Of a stretch of 64,000 nt of DNA, positions 11,034 through 23,496 are shown piece after piece. The stretch is taken from contig CDROCS010000506.1 in assembly GCA_977020255.1 (NCBI GenBank), positions 2,790,001 through 2,854,000 of the forward strand, given 5' to 3'. How positions within the stretch are numbered: the stretch's first letter is position 1; each line of letters opens with the position of its first letter. The DNA is from Obrimoposthia wandeli (lineage: Eukaryota). The position numbers were made by a program, and so were the translations under genes. The notes below the pieces were generated by a model that had not been told where the DNA came from, did not search any database, and saw nothing but the letters and a program-made list of their open reading frames with translations.

Positions 11034-11684
11034 ATGAACAAGAAAATATTATCTGGATTAATCACTGCCTCTCTATTATCAGCAACGCTTGCAGCCCCTG
11101 CTTTTGCTCATCAACAAGGTGATTTTATTGTTCGTGCGGGTGCGTTAATGGTTGCGCCGAATGAATCAAGTGGTGAGGTACTAACCACATTAGGTGAATT
11201 CGAAGTAAATGATAATATTCAGCTTGGTTTAAACTTCACTTATATGGCAACAGATAACATTGGTATTGAGTTGGTTGCAGCTACGCCATTTACTCACGAA
11301 GTCGGACTTGGCGCTACAGGTGTAATTGCAGAAGTAAAACAGTTACCACCAACGCTATTAGCACAATATTATTTTGGTGATGCAAATTCTAAATTCCGTC
11401 CTTATGTGGGGGCAGGCGTTAATTTTACTATCTTCTTTGATACTGAATTTAATGATGCAGGCACAGCGGCTAAGTTGACGGATTTAGATATGAGTAATTC
11501 TGTAGGTTTAGCGGCGCAAGTCGGTATGGATTATAAGATAAATGACAAATGGTTAGTCAACGCATCAGTAATGTATGCAGATATCAGTACTGATGTAACA
11601 TTTGATGTTGGCGCTGATAGCTATAAAATCAAAACAGACATCGATCCATTGGTATACATGGTTAGTGTAGGTTATGTATTTTAA
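11034..11684 (+). CDS. ompW: Outer membrane protein OmpW
   Basis: Signal peptide then AHQQGDFIVRAG; IELVAATPF, LPPTL, C-terminal VGYVF; GGAG before ATG 11034. Confidence 0.95.
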   Translation: MNKKILSGLITASLLSATLAAPAFAHQQGDFIVRAGALMVAPNESSGEVLTTLGEFEVNDNIQLGLNFTYMATDNIGIELVAATPFTHEVGLGATGVIAEVKQLPPTLLAQYYFGDANSKFRPYVGAGVNFTIFFDTEFNDAGTAAKLTDLDMSNSVGLAAQVGMDYKINDKWLVNASVMYADISTDVTFDVGADSYKIKTDIDPLVYMVSVGYVF

Positions 11685-11715
11685 TTAGCTTTTATAGATT
11701 TTATTAGCTAAAAAT

Positions 11716-11747
11716 AACAAGGCGCATTTGCGTCTTGTTTTGTTTTT
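11716..11747 (+). terminator. Rho-independent terminator after ompW
   Basis: AACAAGGCGC-ATTT-GCGTCTTGTT followed by a T-rich tail. Confidence 0.7.
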
Positions 11748-11864
11748 AATTGTTATTTTTTATCCTTCTTCAATACATCTTTTTAATTCTTCCCGTATTC
11801 CTTTTTATTTCCGCTATTTTTCATTTAATTATTTGTTCTCTGGATTAATTTTATTTATAATTAA

Positions 11865-11880
11865 CTGGTCTTTTATACAG
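11865..11880 (+). promoter_or_regulatory. LexA (SOS) box upstream of dinB
   Basis: CTG-GTCTTTTATA-CAG fits CTG-N10-CAG, 46 bp before the dinB ATG. Confidence 0.8.
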
Positions 11881-11926
11881 TGCTATTTATGCCGAACTAA
11901 TTAGTTGGTTATGACTCGTTAAGCTT

Positions 11927-12979
11927 ATGAAAAAAATTATCCACATCGATATGGACGCCTACTTCGCAAATGTGGAGGTGAGGGACAATCCAGCTTACAA
12001 AGATATCCCTATCGCGATTGGTGGCATGAGCGACCGCCGTGGTGTCATTGCCACATGCAACTATATAGCCCGTCAATATGGGGTGCGCTCTGCCATGTCT
12101 TCGTATAAAGCCATGCAACTCTGCCCTGACTTAACATTAGTACCTTCACGTATGCAGGTATATAAAGAAGTCTCAGCTCAGATCCACGAAATATTTTCTC
12201 GCTATACTGATTTGATCGAACCATTGTCGTTAGATGAAGCGTATTTAGATGTTACTGACTGTAAGTTATTCTCGGGTAGTGCGACGTTAATTGCCGAAGA
12301 TATTCGTAAAGCCATTGAGTCTGAGTTAGCACTTACTGCGTCAGCAGGTGTTGCTCCGGTTAAGTTTTTAGCTAAAGTAGCATCCGATATTAATAAACCT
12401 AATGGACAGTTTGTTATCACCCCATCGCAGGTTAAATCCTTCGTTGCTGACTTACCCTTGAATAAGATCCCTGGAGTGGGAAAAGTGACTTGGCTGAAAC
12501 TCAATCGTGTAGGTTTGTATACCTGTGCAGATGTACTAAAGTTTCCTGCTGAAGATATTATTGACAGTTTTGGTAAGCTCGGCCATAGCTTGCTAGAGCG
12601 CTGTCAGGGTATTGATAATCGCCCTGTGTGTAACGAACGCAATCGTAAATCGGTGGGCGTTGAAATCACTTTACCTGAAGATATTGTCACGTTAGATCAA
12701 TGCATGGCTTTATTTCCGCAGTTATATCAAACGCTGTTACAACGTCTGCAAAAAGCATCACCAGATATGCGCATAACTAAGCAAGGCGTTAAATTAAAAT
12801 TTAATGATTTTACCCTCACCAGTAAAGAGCAAAGCATTACCACACTCGACGAACATCTATTTACAGACTTGTTTGCGCAAGCACTGACAAAGCAAGATCA
12901 ACGTAGTATTCGTTTAATTGGCTTATATGTCGGCCTTGCTGGCGACAATGATAGTGAACAATATAACCTGCTATTTTAG
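11927..12979 (+). CDS. dinB: DNA polymerase IV
   Basis: [41 protein letters not shown]. Confidence 0.96.
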   Translation: MKKIIHIDMDAYFANVEVRDNPAYKDIPIAIGGMSDRRGVIATCNYIARQYGVRSAMSSYKAMQLCPDLTLVPSRMQVYKEVSAQIHEIFSRYTDLIEPLSLDEAYLDVTDCKLFSGSATLIAEDIRKAIESELALTASAGVAPVKFLAKVASDINKPNGQFVITPSQVKSFVADLPLNKIPGVGKVTWLKLNRVGLYTCADVLKFPAEDIIDSFGKLGHSLLERCQGIDNRPVCNERNRKSVGVEITLPEDIVTLDQCMALFPQLYQTLLQRLQKASPDMRITKQGVKLKFNDFTLTSKEQSITTLDEHLFTDLFAQALTKQDQRSIRLIGLYVGLAGDNDSEQYNLLF

Positions 12980-13040
12980 TTGTTTATTTACCTTGAACAA
13001 TAATCTTCTTTAGCCTTCTATAATCATTCTATTATATCCC

Positions 13041-13090
13041 TATATTCCTAAAAGTTATAAAAAGTAAGCTTATGTTCTTTGTCGGTTATA
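13041..13090 (+). promoter_or_regulatory. Possible CysB (LysR-type) binding half-site pair upstream of cysD
   Basis: Two similar segments, TATATTCC..GTTATA (13041-13059) and TATGTTCT..GTTATA (13071-13090); assignment to CysB is by context only. Confidence 0.3.
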
Positions 13091-13154
13091 AGTAAAGGGG
13101 CTATATTGATCCAAACGATATGAAATTATCCAATTTGGTCTGATGGAGTAGAAG

Positions 13155-14063
13155 ATGAATCAACAGAGGTTGACCCACCTTAAACAGCTGGAAGCTGAAA
13201 GTATCCACATAATCAGGGAAGTAGCTGCAGAGTTTGATAATCCGGTAATGATGTATTCAATCGGTAAAGACTCATCAGTGATGCTACACCTTGCGCGTAA
13301 GGCATTTTACCCAGGTAAGATCCCATTTCCATTATTGCATGTTGATACTAACTGGAAGTTTCGCGAAATGATTGAATTTCGTGACAAGACTGTAGAGAAA
13401 TACGGTTTTGACCTGTTAGTACACCAGAACCCTGAAGGGCTGGCTATGGGTTGCAGTCCATTTGAACATGGCAGCTCAAAGCATACCGATATTATGAAAA
13501 CCCAAGGTTTGAAACAGGCCTTAAACAAATATGGTTTTGATGCCGCATTTGGTGGCGCACGACGTGATGAAGAAAAATCACGAGCGAAAGAGCGCGTGTA
13601 TTCATTCCGTGATAAACATCACCGCTGGGATCCAAAAAACCAACGTCCTGAATTATGGCGTACTTATAACGGTCAAGTGAATAAAGGTGAAAGCATTCGT
13701 GTGTTCCCATTATCAAACTGGACCGAGCTGGATATTTGGCAATATATTTATCAAGAACAAATTGAAATTGTGCCGCTTTATCTTGCTGCCAAGCGTCCTG
13801 TAGTCGAACGTGATGGTGCGTTGATCATGGTTGATGATGATCGCATGAAGTTACAAGCAGGCGAGAAGATCGAAGAGAAAATGGTGCGGTTTAGAACCCT
13901 AGGTTGTTACCCATTAACAGGTGCTGTGGAATCTGAAGCATTAACATTGCCTGAAATTATTGAAGAAATGTTACTGGCGACAAGCAGTGAACGACAAGGA
14001 CGTATGATTGACCATGATTCTTCAGCTTCAATGGAGCAGAAGAAACGTCAAGGTTATTTCTAG
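13155..14063 (+). CDS. cysD: Sulfate adenylyltransferase subunit 2
   Basis: [35 protein letters not shown]. Confidence 0.97.
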   Translation: MNQQRLTHLKQLEAESIHIIREVAAEFDNPVMMYSIGKDSSVMLHLARKAFYPGKIPFPLLHVDTNWKFREMIEFRDKTVEKYGFDLLVHQNPEGLAMGCSPFEHGSSKHTDIMKTQGLKQALNKYGFDAAFGGARRDEEKSRAKERVYSFRDKHHRWDPKNQRPELWRTYNGQVNKGESIRVFPLSNWTELDIWQYIYQEQIEIVPLYLAAKRPVVERDGALIMVDDDRMKLQAGEKIEEKMVRFRTLGCYPLTGAVESEALTLPEIIEEMLLATSSERQGRMIDHDSSASMEQKKRQGYF

Positions 14064-14078
14064 GTAGGAGCAGGGTAG

Positions 14079-15500
14079 ATGAACAATCAAATAGCAAATG
14101 AATTAGCACAAACAGATATAGAAACCTACTTACACCAACAACAGCACAAAAGCTTATTACGTTTTTTAACGTGTGGCAGTGTTGATGATGGTAAGAGTAG
14201 CCTTATTGGTCGTTTATTACATGACTCGCACCAGATCTATGAAGATCAGTTAGCGGCGTTACATGTTGATAGCCAAAAATCAGGTACTACAGGTGAAGCG
14301 ATTGATTTAGCATTATTAGTTGATGGCCTTGCGGCTGAACGTGAACAAGGTATTACCATTGATGTGGCATACCGTTATTTCTCGACAGCAACACGTAAAT
14401 TTATTATTGCCGATACACCGGGGCATGAAGAATATACCCGTAATATGGCGACTGGTGCTTCTACTTGTGATCTTGCTGTGATCTTGATTGATGCGCGTAA
14501 AGGCGTATTAACACAAACCAAGCGTCACTCTTATATAGCCTCGCTATTGGGTATTAAACATTTTGTTGTAGCTGTTAATAAAATGGATTTAGTTGATTTT
14601 TCTGAGCAACGCTTTGAAGAGATCAAAGAAGAGTATTTAGGTTTTACTGAAAAGTTAAACGATATTACTATCGAGTTTACACCGTTATCAGCGTTACAGG
14701 GTGACAATGTCGTCGACCGTTCTACACGTACGCCTTGGTTCAAAGGTCGTACATTATTAGAATGTTTAGAAGCCGTCGATACCTCTGATGACACGCTTGA
14801 TAAACCGTTCCGATTACCAGTGCAATACGTCAACCGTCCTAATCTCGATTTTCGTGGGTTTGCTGGTACGATTGCAGCTGGCCAAATCAGTGTCGGCGAT
14901 AAAGTAGTGGCATTGCCATCAGGTAAATCAAGTACGGTTAAATCGATTGTTACTTTTGATGGTGAACTTGCTTCAGCACATCAAGATCAAGCAATTACGT
15001 TAACCCTTACTGATGAAATTGATGTGAGCCGTGGCGATATTTTAGTGTCGGCTACGCAGCAACCTATCATCTCAGATTCATTGGTTGCAAATATCGTCTG
15101 GATGTCAGATCAAGCCCTTGAAATTGGTCGTCAATACGATATCAAATTATCGAGTAAGCAGACTACAGGTCAATTTACAGCGATCCGTAATAAGGTTGAT
15201 GTTAATACGCTGGAAGAATCGGCGGCTACAGAGCTGGCATTGAACGAAATCGGTTTATGTGAGTTAACACTAACAGAAGCTGTCCCAGCTGATAACTATC
15301 AAGATGTTGCTGACACGGGTAGCTTTATTGTTATTGACCGACTAACTAACGTTACTGTTGGTGCGGGTATGATTGAACAAGTACTCGATGCGAAAGGAAG
15401 TACTCACTCTCATGAATTTGGTGAGTTTGAAATTGAGCTGAATGCGTTAGTTCGCAAACACTTCCCAAAATGGCAAGCTATTGATATTAGCAAGCTGTAG
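14079..15500 (+). CDS. cysN: Sulfate adenylyltransferase subunit 1 (GTPase)
   Basis: [35 protein letters not shown]. Confidence 0.97.
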   Translation: MNNQIANELAQTDIETYLHQQQHKSLLRFLTCGSVDDGKSSLIGRLLHDSHQIYEDQLAALHVDSQKSGTTGEAIDLALLVDGLAAEREQGITIDVAYRYFSTATRKFIIADTPGHEEYTRNMATGASTCDLAVILIDARKGVLTQTKRHSYIASLLGIKHFVVAVNKMDLVDFSEQRFEEIKEEYLGFTEKLNDITIEFTPLSALQGDNVVDRSTRTPWFKGRTLLECLEAVDTSDDTLDKPFRLPVQYVNRPNLDFRGFAGTIAAGQISVGDKVVALPSGKSSTVKSIVTFDGELASAHQDQAITLTLTDEIDVSRGDILVSATQQPIISDSLVANIVWMSDQALEIGRQYDIKLSSKQTTGQFTAIRNKVDVNTLEESAATELALNEIGLCELTLTEAVPADNYQDVADTGSFIVIDRLTNVTVGAGMIEQVLDAKGSTHSHEFGEFEIELNALVRKHFPKWQAIDISKL

Positions 15501-15509
15501 GACGTTGTT

Positions 15510-17240
15510 ATGAATGTGATACAGGGAAGTATTTTAGTCTCACTGGTAATCTTTATAGGTTTACTTATTTCCGGTAAGTTTAGACCTTCGAGTTTATTTG
15601 GTGCGATGGTTATCTTCGCTTACTTGTCCGGCTCTATTGAGATGCCACAAGTGATGGCTGGATTTACCAATCCCTCCCTTATCACATTAATTTTATTATT
15701 ATTAATTTCGATTACCATTGAAAAAACCCGTTTAATCAGTTGGATTGGACGACAGTTATCCACGGGGCATTTTACCGTTGTGGTGGCAAAATTAGGTTTC
15801 TCGACTGCACTATTATCTTCTTTCACTAATAATACCGCTGTTGTTGCATCACTTATTGGTGCGGTGAAGCGTAATAATACCCATGCACCTACTAAACTAC
15901 TTATCCCACTTTCTTATGCTGCTATCTTTGGCGGTACGTTGACGCTGATTGGTACTTCGACCAATCTTATTGTGAATAGTTTTGTGGTTGATGCAGGGCT
16001 TCCTCCATTAGGTTTTTTTGAGTTTTCTATTATCGGTTTAGCTGGTTTTCTTGCTGGTATGGTTGTGCTTATTACCATGAGCCACCGGTTACCGGACCAC
16101 AGCCAAGATGAGACGGAAGAATTAGTTTATTTTTTAGAAGCGCATGTAAAACCAAATTCAGAGCTGGTTGGAAAAACCATTGCTGAAAATAATTTACGTG
16201 CGCTAAAACAGCTATATCTTGCAGAAATATTACGAGATGGCGAAGTTATTTGCCCAGTTTGTCCAGAAGAAGTATTACAAGCGAACGATCAATTACTATT
16301 TTGTGGTGATGTTGATTCTGTCGGTGTGCTGCAGGATATTAAAGGCTTGAAATTGTTCGGCCAAGGTGAATTAAATGGCCAGCATCTTGTTGAAGTGATC
16401 GTCAGTCATTCCTCTAAATTAAATGGTTTAACGCTTAAAGAAAGTAAATTTAGAGCGCATTTTGATTCTGTGGTTGTGGCTATTCGCCGTGGTCACAGCC
16501 CATTACGTGGTGGACTTGGTAATGTACGTTTACGTGCCGGTGATACCTTATTATTAGCACCTGGTGCGGAATTTAAAAACAATAAAGATCTGAGTCGTGA
16601 TTTTGTTGTCGTCAGTGGCTTAGATGCGGCAACCCGCTTAAGTGATCATCGAAGTATTGGTGTTTTAGCTGGGTTTGTCACGACTATTGCGTTAGCACTT
16701 ACTGGTATCTTACCCTTGCTAAAAGGTTTGGTTATATTCGTGCTGCTGTTATGTATGAGTGGCACATTGTCTTTGCAAGAGATCCGTAAACGTTTACCTA
16801 TCGACCTTTGGATTGTGGTTGGTAGTGCTTTAGCTTTATCTAATATGCTGCAAACGACAGGCGTATCTGATTTATTAGCCGATTATTTATTAGAGGCCTT
16901 TAATGGTTGGGGTGTACTCGCTGCGTTTATTGCCACTTATCTTGCCACATTATTACTCAGTGAATTAATCACTAATAATGCCGCAGCAGCGCTCGCATTT
17001 CCCATCGCGTTTAGCTTGGCGCAAAGTTATGGCGTGAGTGAACTGCCTTTTATTATGGCGGTTATCTTTGGCGCTAGTGCGAGCTTTATTTCGCCGTATG
17101 GCTACCAAACAAACTTGATGGTTTATAGTGCCGGAAATTATGCACTATCAGACTATCTGAAACTCGGTGTACCGACATCGATTGTCTATTCCACTGTGGT
17201 ATTAATCATGATCCCATATGTATTCCCATTTTATCTGTGA
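15510..17240 (+). CDS. SLC13/CitMHS permease with TrkA-C domains, probable sulfate transporter
   Basis: SSFTNNT and SELITNNAA motifs, SPYGYQTN; cysN-X-cysC position as in Vibrio. Confidence 0.85.
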   Translation: MNVIQGSILVSLVIFIGLLISGKFRPSSLFGAMVIFAYLSGSIEMPQVMAGFTNPSLITLILLLLISITIEKTRLISWIGRQLSTGHFTVVVAKLGFSTALLSSFTNNTAVVASLIGAVKRNNTHAPTKLLIPLSYAAIFGGTLTLIGTSTNLIVNSFVVDAGLPPLGFFEFSIIGLAGFLAGMVVLITMSHRLPDHSQDETEELVYFLEAHVKPNSELVGKTIAENNLRALKQLYLAEILRDGEVICPVCPEEVLQANDQLLFCGDVDSVGVLQDIKGLKLFGQGELNGQHLVEVIVSHSSKLNGLTLKESKFRAHFDSVVVAIRRGHSPLRGGLGNVRLRAGDTLLLAPGAEFKNNKDLSRDFVVVSGLDAATRLSDHRSIGVLAGFVTTIALALTGILPLLKGLVIFVLLLCMSGTLSLQEIRKRLPIDLWIVVGSALALSNMLQTTGVSDLLADYLLEAFNGWGVLAAFIATYLATLLLSELITNNAAAALAFPIAFSLAQSYGVSELPFIMAVIFGASASFISPYGYQTNLMVYSAGNYALSDYLKLGVPTSIVYSTVVLIMIPYVFPFYL

Positions 17241-17247
17241 GCGTGTA

Positions 17248-17895
17248 ATGACTACAATTATCAAGGACAAAGAGGCTGGCGTAACAGCACCAGTAACGGC
17301 CACTGACAATATCGTATGGCATCAGCATAGTGTCGATAAAGCGGCAAGAGCAGCGAATAAACAACAGCAACCTTGCGTACTTTGGTTTACCGGCTTAAGT
17401 GGCTCGGGTAAGTCCACAGTTGCTGGCGTACTCGAGAATGAGTTGCATAAAGCGGGTTACCATACTTATTTATTAGACGGCGATAATGTGCGTTTTGGCT
17501 TATGTGGTGATCTGGGCTTTAGCGATGATGACCGTAAAGAAAATATTCGCAGAGTGGGAGAGGTGGCAAAGTTAATGGTTGATGCGGGTGTTATTGTATT
17601 AACAGCATTTATCTCACCACATCGTCAAGAACGCGAATTAGTGCGTTCACTACTCGGTGACAGTGAGTTTATTGAAATACATGTGGATGCGGATCTTGCA
17701 ACGTGTGAGCAGCGCGATCCGAAGGGACTTTATAAAAAAGCCCGTGCAGGTGAAATCAAGAATTTTACCGGTATTGACTCTGTCTATGAAGCGCCAGAAA
17801 AACCGGAGTTATATTTAGATAATGGTAATAACCCGGTATCTATGTCAGTACAACAGATCATGACGTATTTGGCCCAACAAGGTCATATTAAATAA
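17248..17895 (+). CDS. cysC: Adenylyl-sulfate kinase
   Basis: [13 protein letters not shown]-loop, [18 protein letters not shown]; ATG 17248 preferred. Confidence 0.96.
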   Translation: MTTIIKDKEAGVTAPVTATDNIVWHQHSVDKAARAANKQQQPCVLWFTGLSGSGKSTVAGVLENELHKAGYHTYLLDGDNVRFGLCGDLGFSDDDRKENIRRVGEVAKLMVDAGVIVLTAFISPHRQERELVRSLLGDSEFIEIHVDADLATCEQRDPKGLYKKARAGEIKNFTGIDSVYEAPEKPELYLDNGNNPVSMSVQQIMTYLAQQGHIK

Positions 17896-17913
17896 GGGAG
17901 TAGTGGTCAATAA

Positions 17914-18726
17914 ATGGATAATTTAAAGGATAGTTCAATCGATAGTTCAATGGATAGTTTAATCGATCATTCAATCGATCACTTAGTCAGCCAGATTAAT
18001 GATATTGCAGTGGCTGCGGGACAAGAAATTTTAGAAATTTATCAGCGCGATTTTCATGTCGATATGAAAGATGATAACTCGCCGGTGACGGAGGCTGATA
18101 TTGCTGCCAATGACATTATTGTCGCAAGTTTACGTACTATCACTCCTGACATTCCGATTTTATCTGAAGAGGGAAGTAGTATTCCTTGGGATGAAAGAAA
18201 GCACTGGCAAACATTTTGGCTTGTTGACCCGCTCGATGGCACCAAAGAGTTCATCAAACGTAATGGTGAATTTACCGTTAATATCGCCTTGATCCACAAT
18301 CAACAGCCAATATTAGGCGTTGTTTATGCGCCAGTCTTAGACAAGTTATATTACACGACAACGCAAGGTGCATTTTTATTGCATGCAGGCGAAACTACAC
18401 AACTAAGTGCATTAGCAATACCTGATGATGAAACGGTTAAAGTCGTTGGTTCACGTTCTCATGCAAGTCCTGAAATGGCCTTGTATTTAACGCGTTATAA
18501 AGACACTGATATTATTCCGGTTGGCAGTTCATTGAAGTTTTGTTTGATTGCTGAAGGCAGTGCACATTGCTATCCACGCTTAGGCCCAACTTGTTGGTGG
18601 GATACTGGCGCTGGACATGCTGTTGCTTGTGCTGCAGGTGCTAAGGTTGTGCAACTTGATGGTTCTCCATTATTGTATAACCACCAAGAGTCGGTATTAA
18701 ATCCATTTTTTGTTGTTGCTAAGTAA
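17914..18726 (+). CDS. cysQ: 3'(2'),5'-bisphosphate nucleotidase
   Basis: SPVTEAD, LSEE, WLVDPLDGTKEF, GSSLKFC, WDTGAG. Confidence 0.93.
   Translation: MDNLKDSSIDSSMDSLIDHSIDHLVSQINDIAVAAGQEILEIYQRDFHVDMKDDNSPVTEADIAANDIIVASLRTITPDIPILSEEGSSIPWDERKHWQTFWLVDPLDGTKEFIKRNGEFTVNIALIHNQQPILGVVYAPVLDKLYYTTTQGAFLLHAGETTQLSALAIPDDETVKVVGSRSHASPEMALYLTRYKDTDIIPVGSSLKFCLIAEGSAHCYPRLGPTCWWDTGAGHAVACAAGAKVVQLDGSPLLYNHQESVLNPFFVVAK
17917..17988 (+). repeat. Six degenerate 12-bp in-frame tandem repeats at the 5' end of cysQ
   Basis: gataatttaaag / gatagttcaatc / gatagttcaatg / gatagtttaatc / gatcattcaatc / gatcacttagtc, encoding DNLK-DSSI-DSSM-DSLI-DHSI-DHLV. Confidence 0.8.
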
Positions 18727-18739
18727 CTTGGGTATAAAT

Positions 18740-19573
18740 TTAAAAATGGAATGCGTTATGTAAATGACTGGTTAGTTCAGTAAAATACTCACTATTATTT
18801 TCGTGAGGTATGAGCTTAGCCAGTTCATCACCGGTATTCGTAAAGCGATAATACTTCATAAGTGATGAACGGCTTTTAACTTTCATTGTTAACTTTTCTT
18901 CGCCATAACTTATCGGTAAATCTTTATCTAATGGTAAGTTAACCATTTCTAATTCATTCAAATACACTAATCCCAGATCCGATAAGGTGAGCAAGCTACT
19001 GTAGGGCAGTTTGTGTCGGCCTAAGTTAATCGATTTAAATTGTGGCTTGTTGAATAATAAGAAACTTTTACTGTTACCTTGGCAGTTTAATACAATCTTA
19101 TGGTTTGCGTCTAAGCCGATTTGAGAGCTTAAATTACAGGCAGTTTGAAACATTTGGGCTTCACGTTGGGTCATCTGATTTAACGTGCGTAATGATTTGA
19201 CTGAGAAACTACCAGGGTGACTTAACTCTAATGCAAAAATATGTCCCCATAATGTTTGCATGTGCAGCCCTGAAATATCCTTTGCCATGGACATGAATGC
19301 ACCCAGCCAATCGGGGTCAATATTTTCACTGGTGACGTCATCACAAAAATTATTTGCACGCATGACAATACTTTCTAGGTTCTGTTGCTGCTTTATTTTT
19401 TCTTGGTTAACCCGCTGAATGGCCCTATGTTCAAATGTGGTATGTTTATTTACCGTTAACATACCGTCGATGCCTCGTTCTTTGGCAACTTTACGTAATT
19501 GTTGAATACTGTTTAAAATATGAGATTCAACTTTGTTCATATGGGGATTTGTACTGGTATCATTTACAGACAT
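18740..19573 (-). CDS. TIGR03899 / DUF2806 family protein
   Basis: QQNLESI, IDPDWL, MQTLWG..FALELSHPGSFSVKSL..L motifs recalled from this family. Confidence 0.75.
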   Translation of the reverse strand: MSVNDTSTNPHMNKVESHILNSIQQLRKVAKERGIDGMLTVNKHTTFEHRAIQRVNQEKIKQQQNLESIVMRANNFCDDVTSENIDPDWLGAFMSMAKDISGLHMQTLWGHIFALELSHPGSFSVKSLRTLNQMTQREAQMFQTACNLSSQIGLDANHKIVLNCQGNSKSFLLFNKPQFKSINLGRHKLPYSSLLTLSDLGLVYLNELEMVNLPLDKDLPISYGEEKLTMKVKSRSSLMKYYRFTNTGDELAKLIPHENNSEYFTELTSHLHNAFHF

Positions 19574-19718
19574 AAAAAACCTAACAACGTATTCAGGTGG
19601 ATGATGATAAGTCTTTATTTATACCTGATTTAACGCTGAAAGTATTGTATTGGTGAGCAGAACTGCTGAGTAGCAATGGATATTTCTATCTCGTTGTTCT
19701 ACACGTTGTAATGGATTG

Positions 19719-20705
19719 CTAATATAGCGATTCACTAATCAGCTCTGTATTTGAAGAGAGCATCTTATCCAGCTTCATCTGCGATCCAGATATCACCGTA
19801 TATTGATTATCGTTAATCATTATTTTTTGGCCTTCAACACCACTTTTACTATCAATAGTTAACCAGACCGGAGATACACTACCAATACTACTTGACGGAT
19901 AAAGCATGAAAAGCTCATATTCAGGTGCGAGTTGACTAATTAGCGACGCCAAGAGTAGTGCTTTTTCATCACTATCCGCTTCGTTGGTTTTTAACACGCT
20001 GATCGGTGAGAAAAAACTATCATCATGTTCTTCCCTATCTGGGATAGCGTAGACCCAGTGTCGTGCATTTTTTACTGCTGTGGCGAATGATTGCTGTTTG
20101 GCTAATTGTGTGGCGATATCTTTTAAATAGGCTCGATACTCATAAAATAACTGCGAGTAATTAGGTCTAACACAAGGTAATTCCTTATCATCAGGGTGTA
20201 CACATGGCGTTATTTTAAGATGGTAAAAGGCATCATTTTGATATTGATTATAGGCTTGCCAAAATAGCTGTGAGGCATTCGTCTCATCTTTGTTGGTAAA
20301 TGCGTATCTAATGTCTATTATTTTATGCTGATCATCTGGAGTATAAAAATTAATACGCTCAATCGCAAATTCGAGTCTTGGGGTTAAGTAGGTGTGAATT
20401 GCTTTGATTGGATTGCTTAATGAAAATGAAAGTTTATAGCTGTCTAACAATGAAGTTTCGACGATATCTGTATCGAAGAATGATTTTATTTTGAAGTTAT
20501 TACCTTCTTTGTCTACCCACTGCCAATTTATTGAAAATGAATTGGTTTCACTATCCGGTAAACTTATTTCTTTCGTGTAGGAAAGGTTATCTTGCGCATT
20601 GCTATCGCCAGGTGTAGAGGCTATTGCAGGACCTAATAGGATCGTGATTAGGTATATAGATAAGGCTGAGCACAAAGTAGCTTTGTTCGACGAAGAGAGA
20701 GGCAT
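19719..20705 (-). CDS. Exported hypothetical protein, distantly transglutaminase-like
   Basis: 328-aa ORF with signal-peptide-like N-terminus; ADSDEKALLLASL resembles GDCDSK-type motifs. Confidence 0.6.
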   Translation of the reverse strand: MPLSSSNKATLCSALSIYLITILLGPAIASTPGDSNAQDNLSYTKEISLPDSETNSFSINWQWVDKEGNNFKIKSFFDTDIVETSLLDSYKLSFSLSNPIKAIHTYLTPRLEFAIERINFYTPDDQHKIIDIRYAFTNKDETNASQLFWQAYNQYQNDAFYHLKITPCVHPDDKELPCVRPNYSQLFYEYRAYLKDIATQLAKQQSFATAVKNARHWVYAIPDREEHDDSFFSPISVLKTNEADSDEKALLLASLISQLAPEYELFMLYPSSSIGSVSPVWLTIDSKSGVEGQKIMINDNQYTVISGSQMKLDKMLSSNTELISESLY

Positions 20706-20857
20706 CTAGTGAATCTCATTATGATAACGATTCACTAAGCTTGGTAGAAAATGTGACCGATATCAAAAAAAAGTGTAACTTATTTTCGGTATCGACCACA
20801 TATGATATTCACTGTAGCTATTATTTCGCGAGGTTAACACACGAAATTAATTGCAGA

Positions 20858-21664
20858 CTACCAACCTTTTACGATGGCGTTGTTGAATAGTATTTTTGCT
20901 TCGTCATATACTTCTTGTGTTTGGAACGCTGCGACGAACTGTTTTACTTTTTCAGAATCTTTGTTGTCATTACGTGCAACAATTAAGTTTACGTATGGTG
21001 ATTCTTTATCTTCAACGAAGATGCCATCTTTAGTTGGTGATAAACCAATTTTTGTTGCAAACGTTGTGTTGATCACTGCAATTGTCACGTCTTGTAAATT
21101 ACGTGCTAATAAAGCGGCTTCTAATTTCACAATTTCAACACCAAATGGATTTGCTGTGATGTCTAATTCTGTTGCTTTAATGCCGATACCAGGTGTAAGT
21201 GCAATGATACCTTGCTGCTCAAGTAATAATAATGAGCGACCTAAGTTAGTTGGGTCATTTGGTACTGCAACCTTGTCACCTTCTTTTAACTCATCAACAG
21301 TTTTGATTGATGTTGAGTAAGCGGCAATTGGATAAACAAATGTGTTAGCTACTGCAGTAATATCATAACCACGTTGCTCAATTTGTGCATCTAGGTAAGG
21401 CTTATGTTGGAAAGCATTTACATCAATACTGCCTTCTTCTAATGCACGGTTTGGTGTTACGTAGTCAGTAAACGTTACAATTTCGATATCAAGATTGTAT
21501 TTTTCTTTCGCGATATTTTTTGCAATCTCAACAACTTCAGCTTCAGGGCCAGCCATAGCACCCACTCTTAATACTGTTGAGTCGTTATCACCACTACATG
21601 CACTCAATAATACACTTGATGCGATAGCTGTTACTGATACTAATTTCTTTAGTGAAAAATCCAT
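20858..21664 (-). CDS. metQ: Methionine ABC transporter lipoprotein
   Basis: Lipobox LSAC; FTDYVTPN, NAFQHKPYL, VPNDPTNLGRSL. Confidence 0.95.
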   Translation of the reverse strand: MDFSLKKLVSVTAIASSVLLSACSGDNDSTVLRVGAMAGPEAEVVEIAKNIAKEKYNLDIEIVTFTDYVTPNRALEEGSIDVNAFQHKPYLDAQIEQRGYDITAVANTFVYPIAAYSTSIKTVDELKEGDKVAVPNDPTNLGRSLLLLEQQGIIALTPGIGIKATELDITANPFGVEIVKLEAALLARNLQDVTIAVINTTFATKIGLSPTKDGIFVEDKESPYVNLIVARNDNKDSEKVKQFVAAFQTQEVYDEAKILFNNAIVKGW

Positions 21665-21696
21665 GATTATTACTTCCTTTTAGTTTTTAAGATTTA

Positions 21697-22353
21697 TTAT
21701 CTGTGGTCGACTTTACTGACTAAACGTTCACCGATAGATTGAATAATCTGGACGATGATCACCAGTAAAATAACGGTAATTAAAATGATTGTAGGGTTAA
21801 AACCAATATAGCCATGCTGAATACCAACATCACCAAGGCCACCGCCACCAACAGTTCCAGCCATTGCTGAATAGTTAACAAGTGTTACTAATGTGATGGT
21901 GATGCTGTTGATAATACCTGGCATTGCTTCTGGTATAAGTACTTTCATTACTATCTGTAATGGTGTTGCGCCCATAGTTTGCGCCGCTTCAACTAAACCT
22001 GATGGTACATCTAATAATGCCCCTTCAATTAAGCGGGCTATAAATGGGATTGAAGCAACGGTTAATGGCACTATCATCGCGCCTGTACCGATAGATGAAC
22101 CAACAACCAAACGTGTGAACGGAATAATAGCCACAAGTAAGATGATGAAAGGTACTGAGCGGCCGATATTGACGATCACGCTTAATACGTTATTTAATTT
22201 GTTGTTTTCTAAAATGCCATCTGTTTTTGTTACATGTAACAAGATGCCAGTTGGCATGCCAAGTAAACACGCAATTGCTGCAGCGATACCAACCATAACC
22301 AATGTTTCGATGGTTGCAGTGAAAAGTAAATTAATCATTTGCTCAGTCGACAT
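21697..22353 (-). CDS. metI: Methionine ABC transporter permease
   Basis: [29 protein letters not shown]. Confidence 0.95.
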   Translation of the reverse strand: MSTEQMINLLFTATIETLVMVGIAAAIACLLGMPTGILLHVTKTDGILENNKLNNVLSVIVNIGRSVPFIILLVAIIPFTRLVVGSSIGTGAMIVPLTVASIPFIARLIEGALLDVPSGLVEAAQTMGATPLQIVMKVLIPEAMPGIINSITITLVTLVNYSAMAGTVGGGGLGDVGIQHGYIGFNPTIILITVILLVIIVQIIQSIGERLVSKVDHR

Positions 22354-23377
22354 AACCGATAACCTCTACGTTAACTGCGTGTTGTTGGAAAAATGCTTTA
22401 GCTGCGATGGTATTTTCTTTAGTACCAATAAGTTCAGCAAGCATGTAGCCAAACTTGATCCCGCCAGCAAACTCAATATCGGCACTTAAAATGTTTACAT
22501 CAACGTTTAATGTGCGGCTTACTTCTGAGATAACCGCTGAGTCGACACTGTTTCCTGTGAAGCCAAGACGTACTAATGGCATTGAATTATCTTTTCTGTT
22601 TAAAGACAGACGTTGCTTATATTCTTCAGGGATCTCAAGATTGATTGTTGCTTCAATAAATATTCGTGCTAATTCTGTTTCTGGATTAGCAAAAAATTTC
22701 GCAACTGTATTTTGTTCAATCAATTCGCCTTTATCGATAATAGCTACTTTATGGCAAATGTTTTTTACTACTTCCATTTCGTGGGTGATAAGTAGGATTG
22801 TGAGTCCAAGACGCTCATTAATGTCTTTTAATAACGTTAAGATGGATTTAGTTGTGCTTGGATCAAGTGCAGATGTTGCTTCATCGCACAATAGAACCTT
22901 AGGTTCAGATGCTAATGCACGCGCAATGGCAACACGTTGTTTTTGACCACCACTTAATTCTGCAGGATAAGCATTATGCTTTGATTCTAAGCCTACCAAA
23001 TCAAGTAATGGGGTTATTTTTTTACTTATTTCAGCTTTATCAATACCAGCTAATTCTAGCGGTAATGCAACGTTATCAAAAACAGTGCGAGATGATAATA
23101 AATTGAAATGTTGAAATATCATGCCTATTTGGCGTCTTGCAGTACATAACTCTGCTTTGTTTAATGCTGTTAATTCAACACCATCAAGCTTAATTGAACC
23201 TGATGTTGGTGTTTCAAGTAAATTAACGCAACGTATTAATGTACTTTTACCCGCACCTGATGAACCAATAACACCGAATATCTCACCTTTACTCACGTTT
23301 AAATTAACGTCTTTCAAGGCATAAACAGGCTTGTCTGTAGTTTCAAATATTTTATTTATATTTGTTAGTTTGATCAT
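22343..23377 (-). CDS. metN: Methionine ABC transporter ATPase
   Basis: [31 protein letters not shown]-terminal NIL domain. Confidence 0.96.
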   Translation of the reverse strand: MIKLTNINKIFETTDKPVYALKDVNLNVSKGEIFGVIGSSGAGKSTLIRCVNLLETPTSGSIKLDGVELTALNKAELCTARRQIGMIFQHFNLLSSRTVFDNVALPLELAGIDKAEISKKITPLLDLVGLESKHNAYPAELSGGQKQRVAIARALASEPKVLLCDEATSALDPSTTKSILTLLKDINERLGLTILLITHEMEVVKNICHKVAIIDKGELIEQNTVAKFFANPETELARIFIEATINLEIPEEYKQRLSLNRKDNSMPLVRLGFTGNSVDSAVISEVSRTLNVDVNILSADIEFAGGIKFGYMLAELIGTKENTIAAKAFFQQHAVNVEVIGYVD

Positions 23378-23496
23378 TTCAACGCCTAAAATGAAAGTAA
23401 GAATTAATATATAAGACTAGATAATAATTCTTCATATATAAGTAACAACTGGATGCTTATGCTAATTAGTTAGTTGATTAAAGTCAATGGACTTTT

